Of a DNA stretch of 64,000 nt, positions 37,314-48,563 are shown in pieces. The DNA lies in assembly GCA_041484665.1 (NCBI GenBank), contig JBGPIA010000001.1, forward strand, positions 544,001-608,000. Direction: 5' to 3'. How positions within the stretch are numbered: position 1 is the first letter of the stretch; each line of letters starts with the position of its first letter. Both the position numbers and the translations under genes were made by a program. This stretch comes from Candidatus Krumholzibacteriia bacterium (GTDB lineage Bacteria; Krumholzibacteriota; Krumholzibacteriia; JAJRXK01). The notes beneath the pieces were generated by a model, which saw only the letters and a list, made by a program, of their open reading frames with translations, had not been told where the DNA came from and did no database searches.

Positions 37314-39638
37314 ATGACGCCGACGAGCCAACTCCTGCTTCGGACGCGGGGCGCGACAGCGCCACGAGGCCAGGCAGCGCCGCAGGATTCGCCCTTGCTG
37401 CGTGTCGCGCTGCTACTGTCAGTGCTCGCATCCGCGCGACCGGCGCTGGCGTCGGGACCGGCCATCGGCGGCGGCGGCCCCATCGACCGCCCGGCGCAGC
37501 ACACCCTCTTCTGGTGCTCGTCGCGTCCTCTCTTCACGGGGGAGTTCACGGCCAACGGGCCGCAGGCGACCATCGCCTTCACGGGCAAGATCCACAAGAC
37601 CATGAATCCCAGCCAGTGGATGCGGATCCGCATCGACGACGTCGCAGTGGTGCAAAAGAGCGTGTACTTGGCGCACAGCGGAGCTGTGGACGATCCGGTA
37701 CACATCTTCTGCACGCAAAATGGCCCGCAGGAAGCGTTCTTGTTCGATACCACCCCGCCGCAGGAGATCCTGTTCCTCGATCTGTTTGCGAGCGGGGTCT
37801 CGCCTGCGTGGAACCTGGGTCCCTCCGGCTACTACATCGCCAACGACTCGGCGCAGAACAGCCTGAGCAATCCCGTGTCGTCGCCCACGGGCGGATCCCT
37901 TGGGCTAGGCCAGACGAACGATCCCGCGCAGTTCGCCACCGTCAGCGCCACGATCAACGGCCTGCAGGACGGAGTCGAGTACGTGCTCACCTTCTGGTGG
38001 AGCGCTTCCAACGACGACGTCAACGACGCAGGCGATCTCTGGATCGACATCTACGGCACCGAGCCGCCGACGACCGTGGCCTGCCAGCTGGACAAGGTCA
38101 CCGCGCTCGACGCTGCCGCTTCCGATGAGTTCGGGGAGTCGGTCGCGATCAGCGGCACGCAGTTCGTGGTGGGCGCGCACCTCGAAGAGGACGCGGTCGG
38201 CGGCGCGGGCTCGGCGTACCTCTACCAGATCAGCGGCAGCGGCTACTATCTGCTCAAGAAGCTCAAGTCCGCGGATCCCAACCGCGGCGACGAGTTCGGG
38301 CGGGCCGTGGCGCTCACGCCCGGCATTGCCCTGGTCGGTGCGTGGCTCGATGACGACAAGGGAGTCGACGCCGGCACGGCGTTCGTGTTCAGCGAGAATG
38401 GCGGCCTTTGGACCCTGGAGCAGAAGCTCGTAGCGTCCGACGGTGCGGCCGGCGACTGGTTCGGATCCGCCGTGGCGATCAGCGGGAACCGGGCGCTGGT
38501 AGGGGCGCACGGCGCAGACCCGGCGGGCGCGCAGTCCGGCGAAGCCTACGTCTTCCAGCGGTCCGGCGCGACGTGGAGCCTGCAGCAGAAGCTGACGGCC
38601 TTCGACGGCGCCGCTGGAGACAACTTCGGCACCGCCGTAGCCTTGGACGGCAACGTCGCCGTCATCGGAGCGCCGGGCGATGACCATGATGGGCTCGACG
38701 CGGGCTCGGCGTACGTATTCCGTCTCAGCGGTGTGACGTGGGCCCTAGAGCAAAAGCTCTCAGCACCTGCGCCTGGGCCGGGCGACGATTTCGGCCATGC
38801 AGTCGCGGTGAGCGGCGGCCGGATCGTCGTGGGCGCACCGCTGGACGATGGATTGGGCGCCGATGCCGGCTCGGCCGCCGTCTTCGAGTCCACCGGAAGC
38901 ACCTGGACCGCGGCCCCGCCGCTCTTGGCCGGCGACGGCGTCGCCCTCGACCGCTTCGGCGAGTCGGTCTCCATCAGCGGCGACGTCGTCGTCGTGGGAG
39001 CGGACAAGGACGATCCGGCCGGGAGCAGCTCGGGATCCGCGTACGTGTTTCGGCGCAGCGGCACTGGCTGGGAGGAGAGCTACAAGTTCATCGCGCCCGA
39101 CGGTGCCGCTGGGGACCAAGCGGGCGTCGCTGTGGCCGCCAGCGGCGACCGCGCGATCGCGGGCGCCGATCTCGACGACACGTCCACCACGGACACGGGC
39201 TCGGCATATCTGTTCGCGGTGGGTCCGGACTGTAATCGCAACGGGCTGCCCGACACCTGCGACATCGCCACCGCCTTCAGCCGCGACGTCAACGAGAATG
39301 GAGTGCCCGATGAGTGCGAGGGCACGGCCATCGGGGATCCACCGCCGCCCGCTGACCTTCGCGCACGGCTGCTCGGCAACGCGCCCAACCCGTTCAATCC
39401 GCGTACGACCATCGTCTTCGAGCTGCCGCAGGCGGAGGAGCGCGTCACGCTGCGCGTGTACGATGCCGCGGGTGCGCTGGTGAAGACGCTCATCGCCGGT
39501 CCGCAGCCGGCCGGGCGCGGCAGCGTGGTGTGGGAGGGGGACGATCGAGCGGGTCACCGGGCGCCCAACGGTGTGTATCGCTACGTGCTGCGGACCCGGA
39601 CGCAGCAGTTACAGGGAAAGATGGCTGTCGTGCGTTAG
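37314..39638 (+). CDS. Secreted FG-GAP repeat protein with a FlgD-Ig type C-terminal domain
   Basis: Seven FG.SVA....VGA...GSAY repeats, a DCNRNGLPD/DVNENGVPDEC motif and a PNPFNP C-terminal domain. Confidence 0.9.
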   Translation: MTPTSQLLLRTRGATAPRGQAAPQDSPLLRVALLLSVLASARPALASGPAIGGGGPIDRPAQHTLFWCSSRPLFTGEFTANGPQATIAFTGKIHKTMNPSQWMRIRIDDVAVVQKSVYLAHSGAVDDPVHIFCTQNGPQEAFLFDTTPPQEILFLDLFASGVSPAWNLGPSGYYIANDSAQNSLSNPVSSPTGGSLGLGQTNDPAQFATVSATINGLQDGVEYVLTFWWSASNDDVNDAGDLWIDIYGTEPPTTVACQLDKVTALDAAASDEFGESVAISGTQFVVGAHLEEDAVGGAGSAYLYQISGSGYYLLKKLKSADPNRGDEFGRAVALTPGIALVGAWLDDDKGVDAGTAFVFSENGGLWTLEQKLVASDGAAGDWFGSAVAISGNRALVGAHGADPAGAQSGEAYVFQRSGATWSLQQKLTAFDGAAGDNFGTAVALDGNVAVIGAPGDDHDGLDAGSAYVFRLSGVTWALEQKLSAPAPGPGDDFGHAVAVSGGRIVVGAPLDDGLGADAGSAAVFESTGSTWTAAPPLLAGDGVALDRFGESVSISGDVVVVGADKDDPAGSSSGSAYVFRRSGTGWEESYKFIAPDGAAGDQAGVAVAASGDRAIAGADLDDTSTTDTGSAYLFAVGPDCNRNGLPDTCDIATAFSRDVNENGVPDECEGTAIGDPPPPADLRARLLGNAPNPFNPRTTIVFELPQAEERVTLRVYDAAGALVKTLIAGPQPAGRGSVVWEGDDRAGHRAPNGVYRYVLRTRTQQLQGKMAVVR

Positions 39639-39735
39639 GCGCGCGTCCGTGGCCTTGAGCTTGCGCGCCGCTCTGGGCTCGCCCACCACCCGTCAGGCAT
39701 CCGCTGTCCGCGGGCGGTGGCGCGTGTCCCCGCGC

Positions 39736-42621
39736 CTACTGTGGCCTCAACGACACCTGCACGTAGTTATCCGCGTGCAGGTAGCGCCGCGCGGCGTCCT
39801 GCAGGGTTGCCGCGTCGAGACCCTTCACCAGGTCCGCATAGGTGAGGATCTCGCCGGGGTCGAGCCCGTAGCGGTCCCGGTACATGAGCTGTGCGAGCCA
39901 GTAGCCGTTGCTGCGCAGCGACGTCTCGTAGTCGCGCCGCTGCTCCTCGCGCACCTTCGTCACGTCGCCCGCTGCCACGCCCTCCTGCTGCAGGCGCTCG
40001 ATCACGCGGAAGACCTCTTGGCTGAGCTCGTCCAGTCGATGCGGATCGCAGCCGAAGGAGACCGCGACGCGGTAGCGGGGGAAGGGGTCGCGGTCCGTGC
40101 CCGCCGAGGCCGAGACGCTGTAAGTCCCGCTGAGGTCCTCGCGTAGGACCTCGCGCAGCCGCAGCTGCAGCACGTCGGCCAGGGACTGCAGCGCGTAGCG
40201 GTTCTCCCGCTTCCATTCCAGGGGTCCGGTGAAGACGATCTGCGTCTGGCTCTTGGGCTCCTTGCCGCGCAGGACGGTCTTGCGGACGACGCCCGTGGGC
40301 GGACGGATCCCCGTATCGCGCCAGGTCTCGGCCCGCTGCAGGGCGGGCAGCCCGCCCAGCCATTGGAGGACCAGCGGCCGCACCTGATCGAGCTGGAAGC
40401 TGCCGACCAGCGCGAACGAGAACCCGCTCGCATCGGCGAAGCGGTCCTTGTAGAAGGCCAGCGCCGCGTCGAGGTCGAGGGTGGCCACCGTCTCGCTGCT
40501 CAACGGCCGCACGCGGGGGTGGTGCTGCGCCATGGTAACCGCCAGCGTGTCGGAAAAGGCCTGGTTGGGGTCGAGCGCCCTGTTGGCCACGATCGCGCCC
40601 AGGCGCTCCTTGAGCGACGCAAAGGCCTCCGGGTCGCGGCGCGGCGCGGTGAAACAGAGGTAGAGCAGCTCGAAGCACGTCTGTGCATCCGCCAGCGAGC
40701 AGCCGCCTTGCACGCCCTCGGTCAATTCGGTCACGAACGGCGAAACACGCAGGCTCCGGCCCGCCAGTCGCTTCTGCAGCTCGACCGCGCTGAATTCGCC
40801 CACCCCGCCCGCACCCACGATGGTCGTGGCAAGCTCCACGGACGGCAGCCCGTCGTCGGCTGCTAGCGATGTCCCGCCGGGGTGCAAGCCGCTGAATAAC
40901 AGCTCGTCCTGCTGGAAATCGGTCGGCTTGAGCCACACGCGCACACCGTTGCTGAGCTGCCAGCGTGTCACCCCCAGCGCGTCGTAGGCGACCTCCTCCA
41001 CGATGGTGGCCGGCGGGGGCGGTTGCGCCACCAACGCCGCCTCGTTCACCACGTCGTGATAGGGCTCGACCTCAGCGGCCGCCGCAGCGGTGAAGATGCC
41101 GCGCAGCTCGTCCTCGACGGGGACGGTCACGCCCTCCTTCTGCGGCCCGCTCTCCATCACGACGCGGCTGCTCTCGCCCAGCCAATCCCGCGACAGCGCG
41201 TTGACCTCCTCCAACGCGATGCCGGGCACGATCTGCTGGGCGAGCGCGTAGCGGTACTCGATCCCTGGTGCTGGGTCCTGCTCGAGGAAATGGTCGACGT
41301 AGGCGTCGGCGAAGACGCCGGAGTCGGTTTTCTCGCGCTCCTGCCAGCGCTGCTCCAGTCCGCGCAGCAGGCTCTTCTTGCGCCGTTCCAGCTCGGAGGC
41401 GGTGAAACCGTGCCGCTGCACGCGCGCAGCCTCCGTCAGCAGGGCCGTGAGTGCCCGCGGCAGGCCGTTGTTCTCGGCGGATGCGCTCAGGCTGAGCGAC
41501 TCGGTTCCGCGCACCAGCGACCCGCTACCGGTGAACGCGCCCAGGAACGGCGGGTCGGGCTTCTGGAGGATCTCGCCCAGGCGCGCGTTGAACATCCCGC
41601 TGTAGAGATTGTCGATCAGGTCGCGCCGGTAGTCGCCGACGGTGGCGTGGCTCTCAGCGGGGCGTTTGAGGGTGACCGTGATGCGCGAGCTGGTCGCCTC
41701 GGGATCCGTGGCGATGGCGAACAGGGTCTGGTCGTGGCCCGGGACTGGATGGTCCGGACGCTGCACGGGCGGGCGCGAGGCGGGGATGCGCCCGAAGTGT
41801 TCGCGGATCCAGCGTTCGACCTTGGCGTCGTCGAAGTCGCCCACGGCGATGACCGCCATCAGCTCGGGGCGATACCACTGGCGATAGAAGCGCACGAGCG
41901 CCTCGCGCGGGAAGGTCTCCAGGAGGTCCTTCTGACCGATGGGCAGGCGCTTGGCGTAGAGCGACCCGTGCAGCAAAACGGGGTATTGCTGGTCGAGGAT
42001 GCGCTGCCCCGCACCGCGGCGCAGCCGCCACTCCTCGATCACAACCCCGCGCTCCTTGTGCACCTCCTTGGGATCGAATCGAAGCCAGCGTGCCCAGTCT
42101 TCCAAGACCTGGAACGCCTTGGCCAGCACCGCCTGGTCGTCGGTGGGGATGGTGAGCATGTACACGGTCTCGTCGAAGCTTGTGTAGGCGTTGATGTCGG
42201 GCCCAAAACGCATGCCAGCGCGCTCCAGGTAGTCCACCAGCTGCTGTGCCTTGAAGTGCTTCGTGCCGTTGAAGGCCATGTGCTCGACGAAGTGCGCCAG
42301 CCCCTGCTGGTCGTCCTGCTCGAGGATGCTCCCGGCGTTGATCACCAGCCGCAGCTCTGCGCGTTGGCGTGGCTCGTGGTTGACGTGGATGTAGTAGCGC
42401 AGCCCGTTGGGCAGCGTCTTGAGCGTCGCCTTCGGGTCCAGGGGAAGTCGGGCCTGCAGATCGACCGCCGGAGCGCCCGCCGCGGCGTCGGATCCCGGTG
42501 CGCTCGTGGTGGTCGGCTGCGCGGTCGCGCGTGCAGCGAGCGCTCCCAGCATGGTGAACAGCGCGAGCGGCGCGAGGAACAGAGCGCGCCCACGCGGCGG
42601 CGGAATCGGGATCGGCAACAT
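39736..42621 (-). CDS. M16-family (insulinase, PqqL-like) zinc peptidase
   Basis: HFVEH inverted zinc motif, NAYTSFDETVY and a signal peptide. Confidence 0.95.
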   Translation of the reverse strand: MLPIPIPPPRGRALFLAPLALFTMLGALAARATAQPTTTSAPGSDAAAGAPAVDLQARLPLDPKATLKTLPNGLRYYIHVNHEPRQRAELRLVINAGSILEQDDQQGLAHFVEHMAFNGTKHFKAQQLVDYLERAGMRFGPDINAYTSFDETVYMLTIPTDDQAVLAKAFQVLEDWARWLRFDPKEVHKERGVVIEEWRLRRGAGQRILDQQYPVLLHGSLYAKRLPIGQKDLLETFPREALVRFYRQWYRPELMAVIAVGDFDDAKVERWIREHFGRIPASRPPVQRPDHPVPGHDQTLFAIATDPEATSSRITVTLKRPAESHATVGDYRRDLIDNLYSGMFNARLGEILQKPDPPFLGAFTGSGSLVRGTESLSLSASAENNGLPRALTALLTEAARVQRHGFTASELERRKKSLLRGLEQRWQEREKTDSGVFADAYVDHFLEQDPAPGIEYRYALAQQIVPGIALEEVNALSRDWLGESSRVVMESGPQKEGVTVPVEDELRGIFTAAAAAEVEPYHDVVNEAALVAQPPPPATIVEEVAYDALGVTRWQLSNGVRVWLKPTDFQQDELLFSGLHPGGTSLAADDGLPSVELATTIVGAGGVGEFSAVELQKRLAGRSLRVSPFVTELTEGVQGGCSLADAQTCFELLYLCFTAPRRDPEAFASLKERLGAIVANRALDPNQAFSDTLAVTMAQHHPRVRPLSSETVATLDLDAALAFYKDRFADASGFSFALVGSFQLDQVRPLVLQWLGGLPALQRAETWRDTGIRPPTGVVRKTVLRGKEPKSQTQIVFTGPLEWKRENRYALQSLADVLQLRLREVLREDLSGTYSVSASAGTDRDPFPRYRVAVSFGCDPHRLDELSQEVFRVIERLQQEGVAAGDVTKVREEQRRDYETSLRSNGYWLAQLMYRDRYGLDPGEILTYADLVKGLDAATLQDAARRYLHADNYVQVSLRPQ

Positions 42622-42781
42622 CGGTGAGCGGCTCTCCGGGCCGGGCAGGGGGAGGCTGGCGGCGGCGGCAGGGAGTATAGGGGCGCCCCGCGAGCCGGTC
42701 GAACGGTTTACCCGGGGAAACGGTTGCGGTTCCGGGCTGCTGAGCGCCGCCCGGTTCGGTCACCCACGGGCACGCCCGCCG

Positions 42782-43585
42782 TCAGGGCAATCCCTCCGCG
42801 CCGTAGAACAGATGGAAGTGATGGAGCGGTCCGTGGCCGTGACCGAGCGGGAGCGCGTTGCGGATGGCTTCCGTGACGAACTCTTTGGCCTGCGCCACCG
42901 CCTCGGGGAGGGAGCGCCCTCGCGCGAGCAGCGCCGCGATCGCCGCGCTGAACGTGCACCCGGTGCCGTGCGTGCTGGAGGTCACGATGCGCTCGCAGGG
43001 CAGGACGCGCGCGCTACGGGCGTCGCAGTAGACGTCGTCGGCGTCGCCGGCACGGTGACCGCCCTTGATCACGACCGCGCGCGGGCCCAGCGCGAGCAGC
43101 TCGCGCGCGGCCGCCAGCACATCCTCGTCGCGCGGTCCGATGGGATGATCCAGCAGCACCTCCGCCTCGGGCAGGTTGGGCGTGACGATCAGCGCCAGGG
43201 GCAACAGGCGCGACCGCAACGCTCCGATGGCATCCTCGTCCAGCAGCCGCGCGCCACTCTTGGCGATCATCACCGGATCGACCACCAGCTGGTCGAGGTG
43301 GTGGCGGGCGACGGCTTGGGCCACCGCCTCGACGATGACGGCGGAGACGAGCATCCCGGTCTTCGCAGCGGCGACCTGGAAGTCCTGCGCCACCGCGTCG
43401 ATCTGCGCGGTGACCATGTCGGGCGGGATCGGGTAGATCCCGGTGACGCCTTGGGTGTTCTGCGCGGTCAGGGCCGTGATCGCGCTCGTCGCGAAGACGC
43501 CCAGCGCCGAGAAGGTCTTCAGATCGGCCTGGATCCCCGCGCCGCCACCGCTGTCGCTGCCGGCAATGCTGAGGGCTACGCTCAT
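42782..43585 (-). CDS. thiD: Hydroxymethylpyrimidine/phosphomethylpyrimidine kinase
   Basis: [25 protein letters not shown] and HGTGCT motifs. Confidence 0.96.
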   Translation of the reverse strand: MSVALSIAGSDSGGGAGIQADLKTFSALGVFATSAITALTAQNTQGVTGIYPIPPDMVTAQIDAVAQDFQVAAAKTGMLVSAVIVEAVAQAVARHHLDQLVVDPVMIAKSGARLLDEDAIGALRSRLLPLALIVTPNLPEAEVLLDHPIGPRDEDVLAAARELLALGPRAVVIKGGHRAGDADDVYCDARSARVLPCERIVTSSTHGTGCTFSAAIAALLARGRSLPEAVAQAKEFVTEAIRNALPLGHGHGPLHHFHLFYGAEGLP

Positions 43586-43754
43586 CGGTCGCATGCCGCG
43601 CCTCCATCGTATGCAAGCCAGGACCAGGCGCGTGCCGCGGGCGCGCCCCCGGCCGCGTCCCGACAGGTTGGAGGGTAGACCCGCCGCGCGCAAGGCCGCT
43701 GCGATCCCCGCGGCCGGCGCGGGCCCGCGCCGCAACCTGCGGGTCGGCGCAGCC

Positions 43755-43818
43755 TTGACGCGGCGCTTCCGGCGGGCGTATCGTCGACTCAGTCGATCGT
43801 CTTACTAGGGTGATAGAC
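43755..43818 (+). promoter_or_regulatory. Putative promoter/operator of the Rrf2-sulfate operon
   Basis: TTGACG-N18-TATCGT, followed by the palindrome TCGACTCAGTCGA and an AT-richer segment. Confidence 0.45.
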
Positions 43819-43819
43819 G

Positions 43820-44284
43820 ATGCTCTCTAACAAGGCCAAGTACGCCCTGAAAGCGCTGCTGGCGCTGGCGGGACGGTACGGCGAGGGCCCGGTGCTCATC
43901 GCGCAGTTGGCCGACAGCGAGGCCATCCCGCGCAGATTCCTGGAGCAGATCCTCCTGCAGCTCAAGCAGCAGGGGATCCTCCACAGCAAGAAGGGCCGCG
44001 GCGGTGGGTACGTGCTTGCCAGGGACCCGGCGCGGATCGCCGTGGGACAGGTCGTCCGGCTGATCGACGGCCCGCTGGCTCCGGTGCCCTGCGCGAGCCA
44101 GACCGCCTACCGCAAGTGCGCCGAGTGCGTGGACGAGGAGACCTGCGGCGTCCGGATGGTGATGCGGAATGTGCGCGACGCCACGGCCGAGATCCTGGAC
44201 GGGACGTCGCTGGCGGACGTACGGCGCCAGATGGACGCTGCGCTGCGGCCGGCCAGGCGCAAGTCCCGACGCCGCGGCCCCTGA
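43820..44284 (+). CDS. Rrf2-family transcriptional regulator
   Basis: KYALKAL, FLEQIL, SKKGRGGGY and a Cys cluster C..C..C..C. Confidence 0.95.
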   Translation: MLSNKAKYALKALLALAGRYGEGPVLIAQLADSEAIPRRFLEQILLQLKQQGILHSKKGRGGGYVLARDPARIAVGQVVRLIDGPLAPVPCASQTAYRKCAECVDEETCGVRMVMRNVRDATAEILDGTSLADVRRQMDAALRPARRKSRRRGP

Positions 44285-44401
44285 CGCGCACGCAGTCTGG
44301 AGGCCGCAACCACTGGCCCGGCCGAACGGCCAGCCGCACCGTTGTAGAGGTCCACACCGCCGGACGGCCGGCGCCGGGGCCGCCGACCCAAGGAGGGAGA
44401 C

Positions 44402-45544
44402 ATGCGAAGCCGACCCATCGCAGGACGCACGCGCGTGAGGCGGCGGGCGCCAGGGTTGCCCGGCACGCTCGTCGCATCGGCACTCGTGCAACCCGCGTTC
44501 GTGCTCCCTGCACTGGCGCTCACGGTCGCCTTCACGCTGGCGCTCGGCCTGGCGCTCGCGCTGGCCGGGTGCCAGACGAAGCGCGCGGCAGCGCCGGACG
44601 TCACGCTGCTGAATGTCTCCTACGACCCCACGCGCGAGCTGTACCAGGAGTACAACGCAGCGTTCGCGGCCTACTGGAAAGAGCAGACCGGCCAGATCGT
44701 GACGATGCGCCAGTCGCACGGCGGCTCGGGCAAGCAGGCGCGGGCCGTGATCGACGGGCTGGAGGCCGACGTGGTGACGCTGGCTCTGGCGTACGACGTC
44801 GACGCCATCGCCAACGCGGGGTGGATCCAGCAGGATTGGCAGCGGCGGCTGCCCAACAACAGCTCCCCGTACACCTCGACCATCGTGTTCGTCGTCCGCA
44901 AGGGCAACCCCAAGGGAATCAAGGACTGGGGCGATCTGGTCCAGCCCGGCGTGGCGGTCATCACCCCCAACCCCAAGACCTCCGGCGGAGCGCGCTGGAA
45001 CTACCTGGCGGCCTGGGGCTACGCTCTGCGGGCCAGCGGCGACGACGAGAGCAGAGCGCGCGCCTTCGTGCAGAAGCTGTTCCACAATGTTCCCGTGCTG
45101 GACTCGGGGGCGCGCGGATCGACCACGACCTTCATCGAGCGCGGGATCGGCGACGTGCTGCTGGCGTGGGAGAGCGAGGCGCTGTTGGTCGTCACCGAGC
45201 TGGGAGCGGACAAGTTCGAACTCGTGATCCCCTCGGTGAGCATCCTCGCCGAGCCGCCCGTCAGCGTCGTGGACAAGGTGGTCGACCGGCGGGGCACGCG
45301 CGCCGCCGCGCAGGCCTACCTGGAGTACCTCTACTCCCCACAGGGGCAGCAGATCGTGGCCCGCCACCATTACCGGCCGCGCAGAGCGGTCCAGGCGGAT
45401 CAGCAGTCGACGCAGCGAGCGGACCAGTTCGCCCAGCTGCAGCTGTTCACCATCGACGAGGTCTTTGGAGGATGGGCCAGGGCCCAGAGACAGCACTTCG
45501 ATGACGGCGGAACCTTCGACCAAATCTTCGAGCCGGGCCACTAG
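44402..45544 (+). CDS. sbp: Sulfate ABC transporter substrate-binding protein
   Basis: [23 protein letters not shown] and [12 protein letters not shown] motifs. Confidence 0.95.
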   Translation: MRSRPIAGRTRVRRRAPGLPGTLVASALVQPAFVLPALALTVAFTLALGLALALAGCQTKRAAAPDVTLLNVSYDPTRELYQEYNAAFAAYWKEQTGQIVTMRQSHGGSGKQARAVIDGLEADVVTLALAYDVDAIANAGWIQQDWQRRLPNNSSPYTSTIVFVVRKGNPKGIKDWGDLVQPGVAVITPNPKTSGGARWNYLAAWGYALRASGDDESRARAFVQKLFHNVPVLDSGARGSTTTFIERGIGDVLLAWESEALLVVTELGADKFELVIPSVSILAEPPVSVVDKVVDRRGTRAAAQAYLEYLYSPQGQQIVARHHYRPRRAVQADQQSTQRADQFAQLQLFTIDEVFGGWARAQRQHFDDGGTFDQIFEPGH

Positions 45545-46376
45545 GCCCGCGGCCACGCGCCGCGAGTCGCTTCCTGGCTTTGGGCTGACGCTGGGCTGCG
45601 TCGTGCTGCAGCTCAGCCTCGTCGTGCTGATCCCGCTGTCGATGATCGTGCTGGAAGCGTCGACCCAGAGCTGGGCGCAGCTGTGGAGCACCGTGACCAC
45701 CGCCCGGGCGCTCGCCGCCTTCCGCCTCAGCCTGGGGGCGGCGCTGGCGGCGGCGGTCGTGAACTCCGTGTTCGGCCTGCTGGTCGCCTGGGTGCTGGTG
45801 CGCTATCGCTTCCCCGGACGGCAGCTGCTCGACGCGCTGGTGGACCTGCCGTTCGCGCTGCCCACGGCGGTGGCTGGCATCGCCCTGACTGCAGTCTTCT
45901 CGGCCCACGGCTGGGTCGGGCATCCGCTGAAAGCGCTGGGGATCGACGTCGCGTACACCCCGCTGGGCGTCGCCGTCGCGCTGACGTTCATCGGGCTGCC
46001 GTTCGTGGTGCGAACCGTCCAGCCCGTGCTGGAGGACCTCCCAGCGGAGCTGGAGGAGGCCGCGATCAGCCTGGGCGCCACCCCCTGGCAGACCTTCCGG
46101 CGCGTGATCCTGCCCGAGCTCACACCAGCGCTGCGCACCGGTTTCGCGCTGGCCTTCGCCCGTGCCGTGGGCGAGTACGGATCGGTGGTGTTCATCTCGG
46201 GCAACATGCCCGGGCGCACCGAGATCACGCCGCTGCTGATCATGATCAAGCTCGAGCAGTACGATTATGCGGGCGCGGCCGCGCTGGCGTCCGTGTCGCT
46301 GCTCGCCTCGATGTCGCTGCTGCTGCTGGCGGGTTGGCTGCAGTCGCGGACGCGCATCCTTCCCATCGAGAGCTGA
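45501..46376 (+). CDS. cysT: Sulfate ABC transporter permease CysT
   Basis: [21 protein letters not shown] and an EAA loop. Start approximate. Confidence 0.93.
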   Translation: MTAEPSTKSSSRATRPAATRRESLPGFGLTLGCVVLQLSLVVLIPLSMIVLEASTQSWAQLWSTVTTARALAAFRLSLGAALAAAVVNSVFGLLVAWVLVRYRFPGRQLLDALVDLPFALPTAVAGIALTAVFSAHGWVGHPLKALGIDVAYTPLGVAVALTFIGLPFVVRTVQPVLEDLPAELEEAAISLGATPWQTFRRVILPELTPALRTGFALAFARAVGEYGSVVFISGNMPGRTEITPLLIMIKLEQYDYAGAAALASVSLLASMSLLLLAGWLQSRTRILPIES

Positions 46377-46391
46377 GGAAGGGAGAGGCCC

Positions 46392-47315
46392 ATGCGCGAC
46401 CTTCCTCCGCCGGCGCGGCGCGCGCCCGGCGCCGCACCGCGGCGGTGGCTGGCGCTGCGGAGAACGCGGGCAGCGCACCAGCCGCCCGCGCCGAAGCCGC
46501 CCCCCGCGCCGCGCAACGCCTCCCGCGGCCGCGGGCTGCTGATCGCAGGCGCGTGCGCATACCTCATCCTGCTGCTGGTCGTGCCGCTGGTGGTGGTCTT
46601 CTCCGAGGCGCTGCGCGACGGCTTGCGTACCTACCTGGCAGCGATCACCGAGCCCGACGCGCGCGCCGCGATCCGGCTCACGCTGCTCACGGCGGCGATC
46701 GTCGTTCCACTCAACGTCGCCTTCGGTCTGGCGGCGGCCTGGGCGATCGGCAAGCACGAATTCCCGGGCAAGCGGCTGCTGATCACGCTCATCGACCTGC
46801 CCCTGTCCGTCTCGCCGGTGGTCGCCGGGATGATCTTCCTGCTCTTGTTCGGCGCGCGCAGCGTGCTGGGCCCGTGGCTGACGGCGCACCACCTGCACAT
46901 CGTCTTCGCCGTCCCCGGGATCGTGCTGGCCACGTTGTTCGTGACGCTGCCACTGGTGGCCCGCGAGCTGATCCCACTGCTCGAAGCGCAGGGCCGTGAA
47001 GAGGAGGAGGCCGCCCTCACCCTGGGCGCCAGCGGCTGGCAGACGTTCTGGCGCGTGACGCTCCCCAACGCCCGCTGGGGCCTGCTCTACGGCGTGATCC
47101 TCTGCAACGCGCGCGCCATGGGCGAGTTCGGGGCCGTGTCGGTGGTCTCGGGGCACGTGCGGGGCGTGACGAACACCATGCCCCTGCACGTGGAGATCCT
47201 GTACAACGAGTACCATTTCTCGGCGGCCTTCGCGGTGGCCTCGCTGCTGGCCCTGCTGGCGCTGGTGACGCTGGCCGCGAAACACCTGCTGCGGCGGAAG
47301 GTGATCCGGGGATGA
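46392..47315 (+). CDS. cysW: Sulfate ABC transporter permease CysW
   Basis: [12 protein letters not shown] and [15 protein letters not shown] motifs. Confidence 0.93.
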   Translation: MRDLPPPARRAPGAAPRRWLALRRTRAAHQPPAPKPPPAPRNASRGRGLLIAGACAYLILLLVVPLVVVFSEALRDGLRTYLAAITEPDARAAIRLTLLTAAIVVPLNVAFGLAAAWAIGKHEFPGKRLLITLIDLPLSVSPVVAGMIFLLLFGARSVLGPWLTAHHLHIVFAVPGIVLATLFVTLPLVARELIPLLEAQGREEEEAALTLGASGWQTFWRVTLPNARWGLLYGVILCNARAMGEFGAVSVVSGHVRGVTNTMPLHVEILYNEYHFSAAFAVASLLALLALVTLAAKHLLRRKVIRG

Positions 47316-48436
47316 GCGACGCAAAAGCGGCGGCAGGCATCCGCGGCAGCGGACTGCGCATCGAGCTGCGCGACCTGAGCAAGGCGTTCGGGCCGTTCCG
47401 CGCGCTCGACCGGGTCAGCCTCTCGGTGGCGCCCGGCGAGCTCGTGGCGCTCTTGGGGCCGTCGGGCTCGGGCAAGACGACGCTGCTGCGCATCCTGGCC
47501 GGCCTGGAGCGACCCGATGCCGGCACGATCCTGTTCGACGGCCGCGACGCCATGGCGCGCAGCGCCCGCGAGCGCCGCGTGGGCTTCGTCTTCCAGCACT
47601 ACGCGTTGTTCCGCCACATGACCGTGCGCGAAAACGTGGGCTTCGGCCTGCGCGTACGGCCGCGCGGCGCCCGGCCGGCCGACTCCGAGATCCGTGCTCG
47701 CGTGGACGCGCTGCTGCAGCTGGTGCAGCTCGAGTGGCTGGCCGATCGCTATCCCTCGCAGCTGAGCGGTGGCCAGCGCCAGCGCGTGGCACTGGCGCGG
47801 GCGCTGGCGGTCGAGCCCAAGGTCCTGCTGCTGGACGAGCCGTTCGGGTCGCTGGATGCGCGCGTGCGGCAGGAGCTGCGGCGCTGGCTGCGGCGCCTGC
47901 ACGACGAGATCCACATCACCAGCGTGTTCGTCACCCACGACCAGGAGGAGGCGCTCGAGGTGGCCGACCGCGTGGTGGTAATGAACGATGGGCGCATCGA
48001 GCAGATCGGCACGCCGGAGGAGGTCTACGACCACCCGATCAACCCCTTCGTCTACAACTTCCTGGGCAACGTGAACCTGTTCCGTGGCCGGATCGAAGGC
48101 GGCAAGGCCTACATCGGCGACGTGGTGGTCGACCTGCCCGATCTGGCGCTGCCCGAGTCCGCCAACGCGCTGGTCTATCTGCGGCCGCACGAGCTGGACG
48201 TCGAGCGCCAGCCCACGGCGGGAGCCCGCTTCCACGCCCGCGTACAGCAGATCCACCGGGCCGGCCCGATGGTGAGGGTGCATCTGCTCACCGACTGGGG
48301 CGACCTGATGCAGGTGGCGATGACCCAGGAGCGCTTCCAGGCATTGCAGCTGGAGACGGGCGCCGAGGTGTTCGTGAGCGCGCGGGGGATGAAGGTGTTT
48401 CCCGACGAGCCCCCGGCGAGCGGAGCCTCGAGCTGA
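47312..48436 (+). CDS. cysA: Sulfate ABC transporter ATP-binding protein CysA
   Basis: [21 protein letters not shown] and a TOBE-like C-terminus. Confidence 0.94.
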   Translation: MSDAKAAAGIRGSGLRIELRDLSKAFGPFRALDRVSLSVAPGELVALLGPSGSGKTTLLRILAGLERPDAGTILFDGRDAMARSARERRVGFVFQHYALFRHMTVRENVGFGLRVRPRGARPADSEIRARVDALLQLVQLEWLADRYPSQLSGGQRQRVALARALAVEPKVLLLDEPFGSLDARVRQELRRWLRRLHDEIHITSVFVTHDQEEALEVADRVVVMNDGRIEQIGTPEEVYDHPINPFVYNFLGNVNLFRGRIEGGKAYIGDVVVDLPDLALPESANALVYLRPHELDVERQPTAGARFHARVQQIHRAGPMVRVHLLTDWGDLMQVAMTQERFQALQLETGAEVFVSARGMKVFPDEPPASGASS

Positions 48437-48563
48437 GCAGCGAGCGGTCCCGGCCGGGCGCCCAGTTCTCCTGCGCGTGCCTGTCCCGCCCCGAGCCCCC
48501 CGCGGCGGGCTCGGCTGTGGAGGGCAAGCCTGCGCAGGCCTCGCCTGCGCTGCGGGTTGCGCG

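Noticed and set aside
43595..43800. TPP riboswitch upstream of thiD
   Set aside because: The conserved TPP aptamer elements are not present in the expected arrangement.
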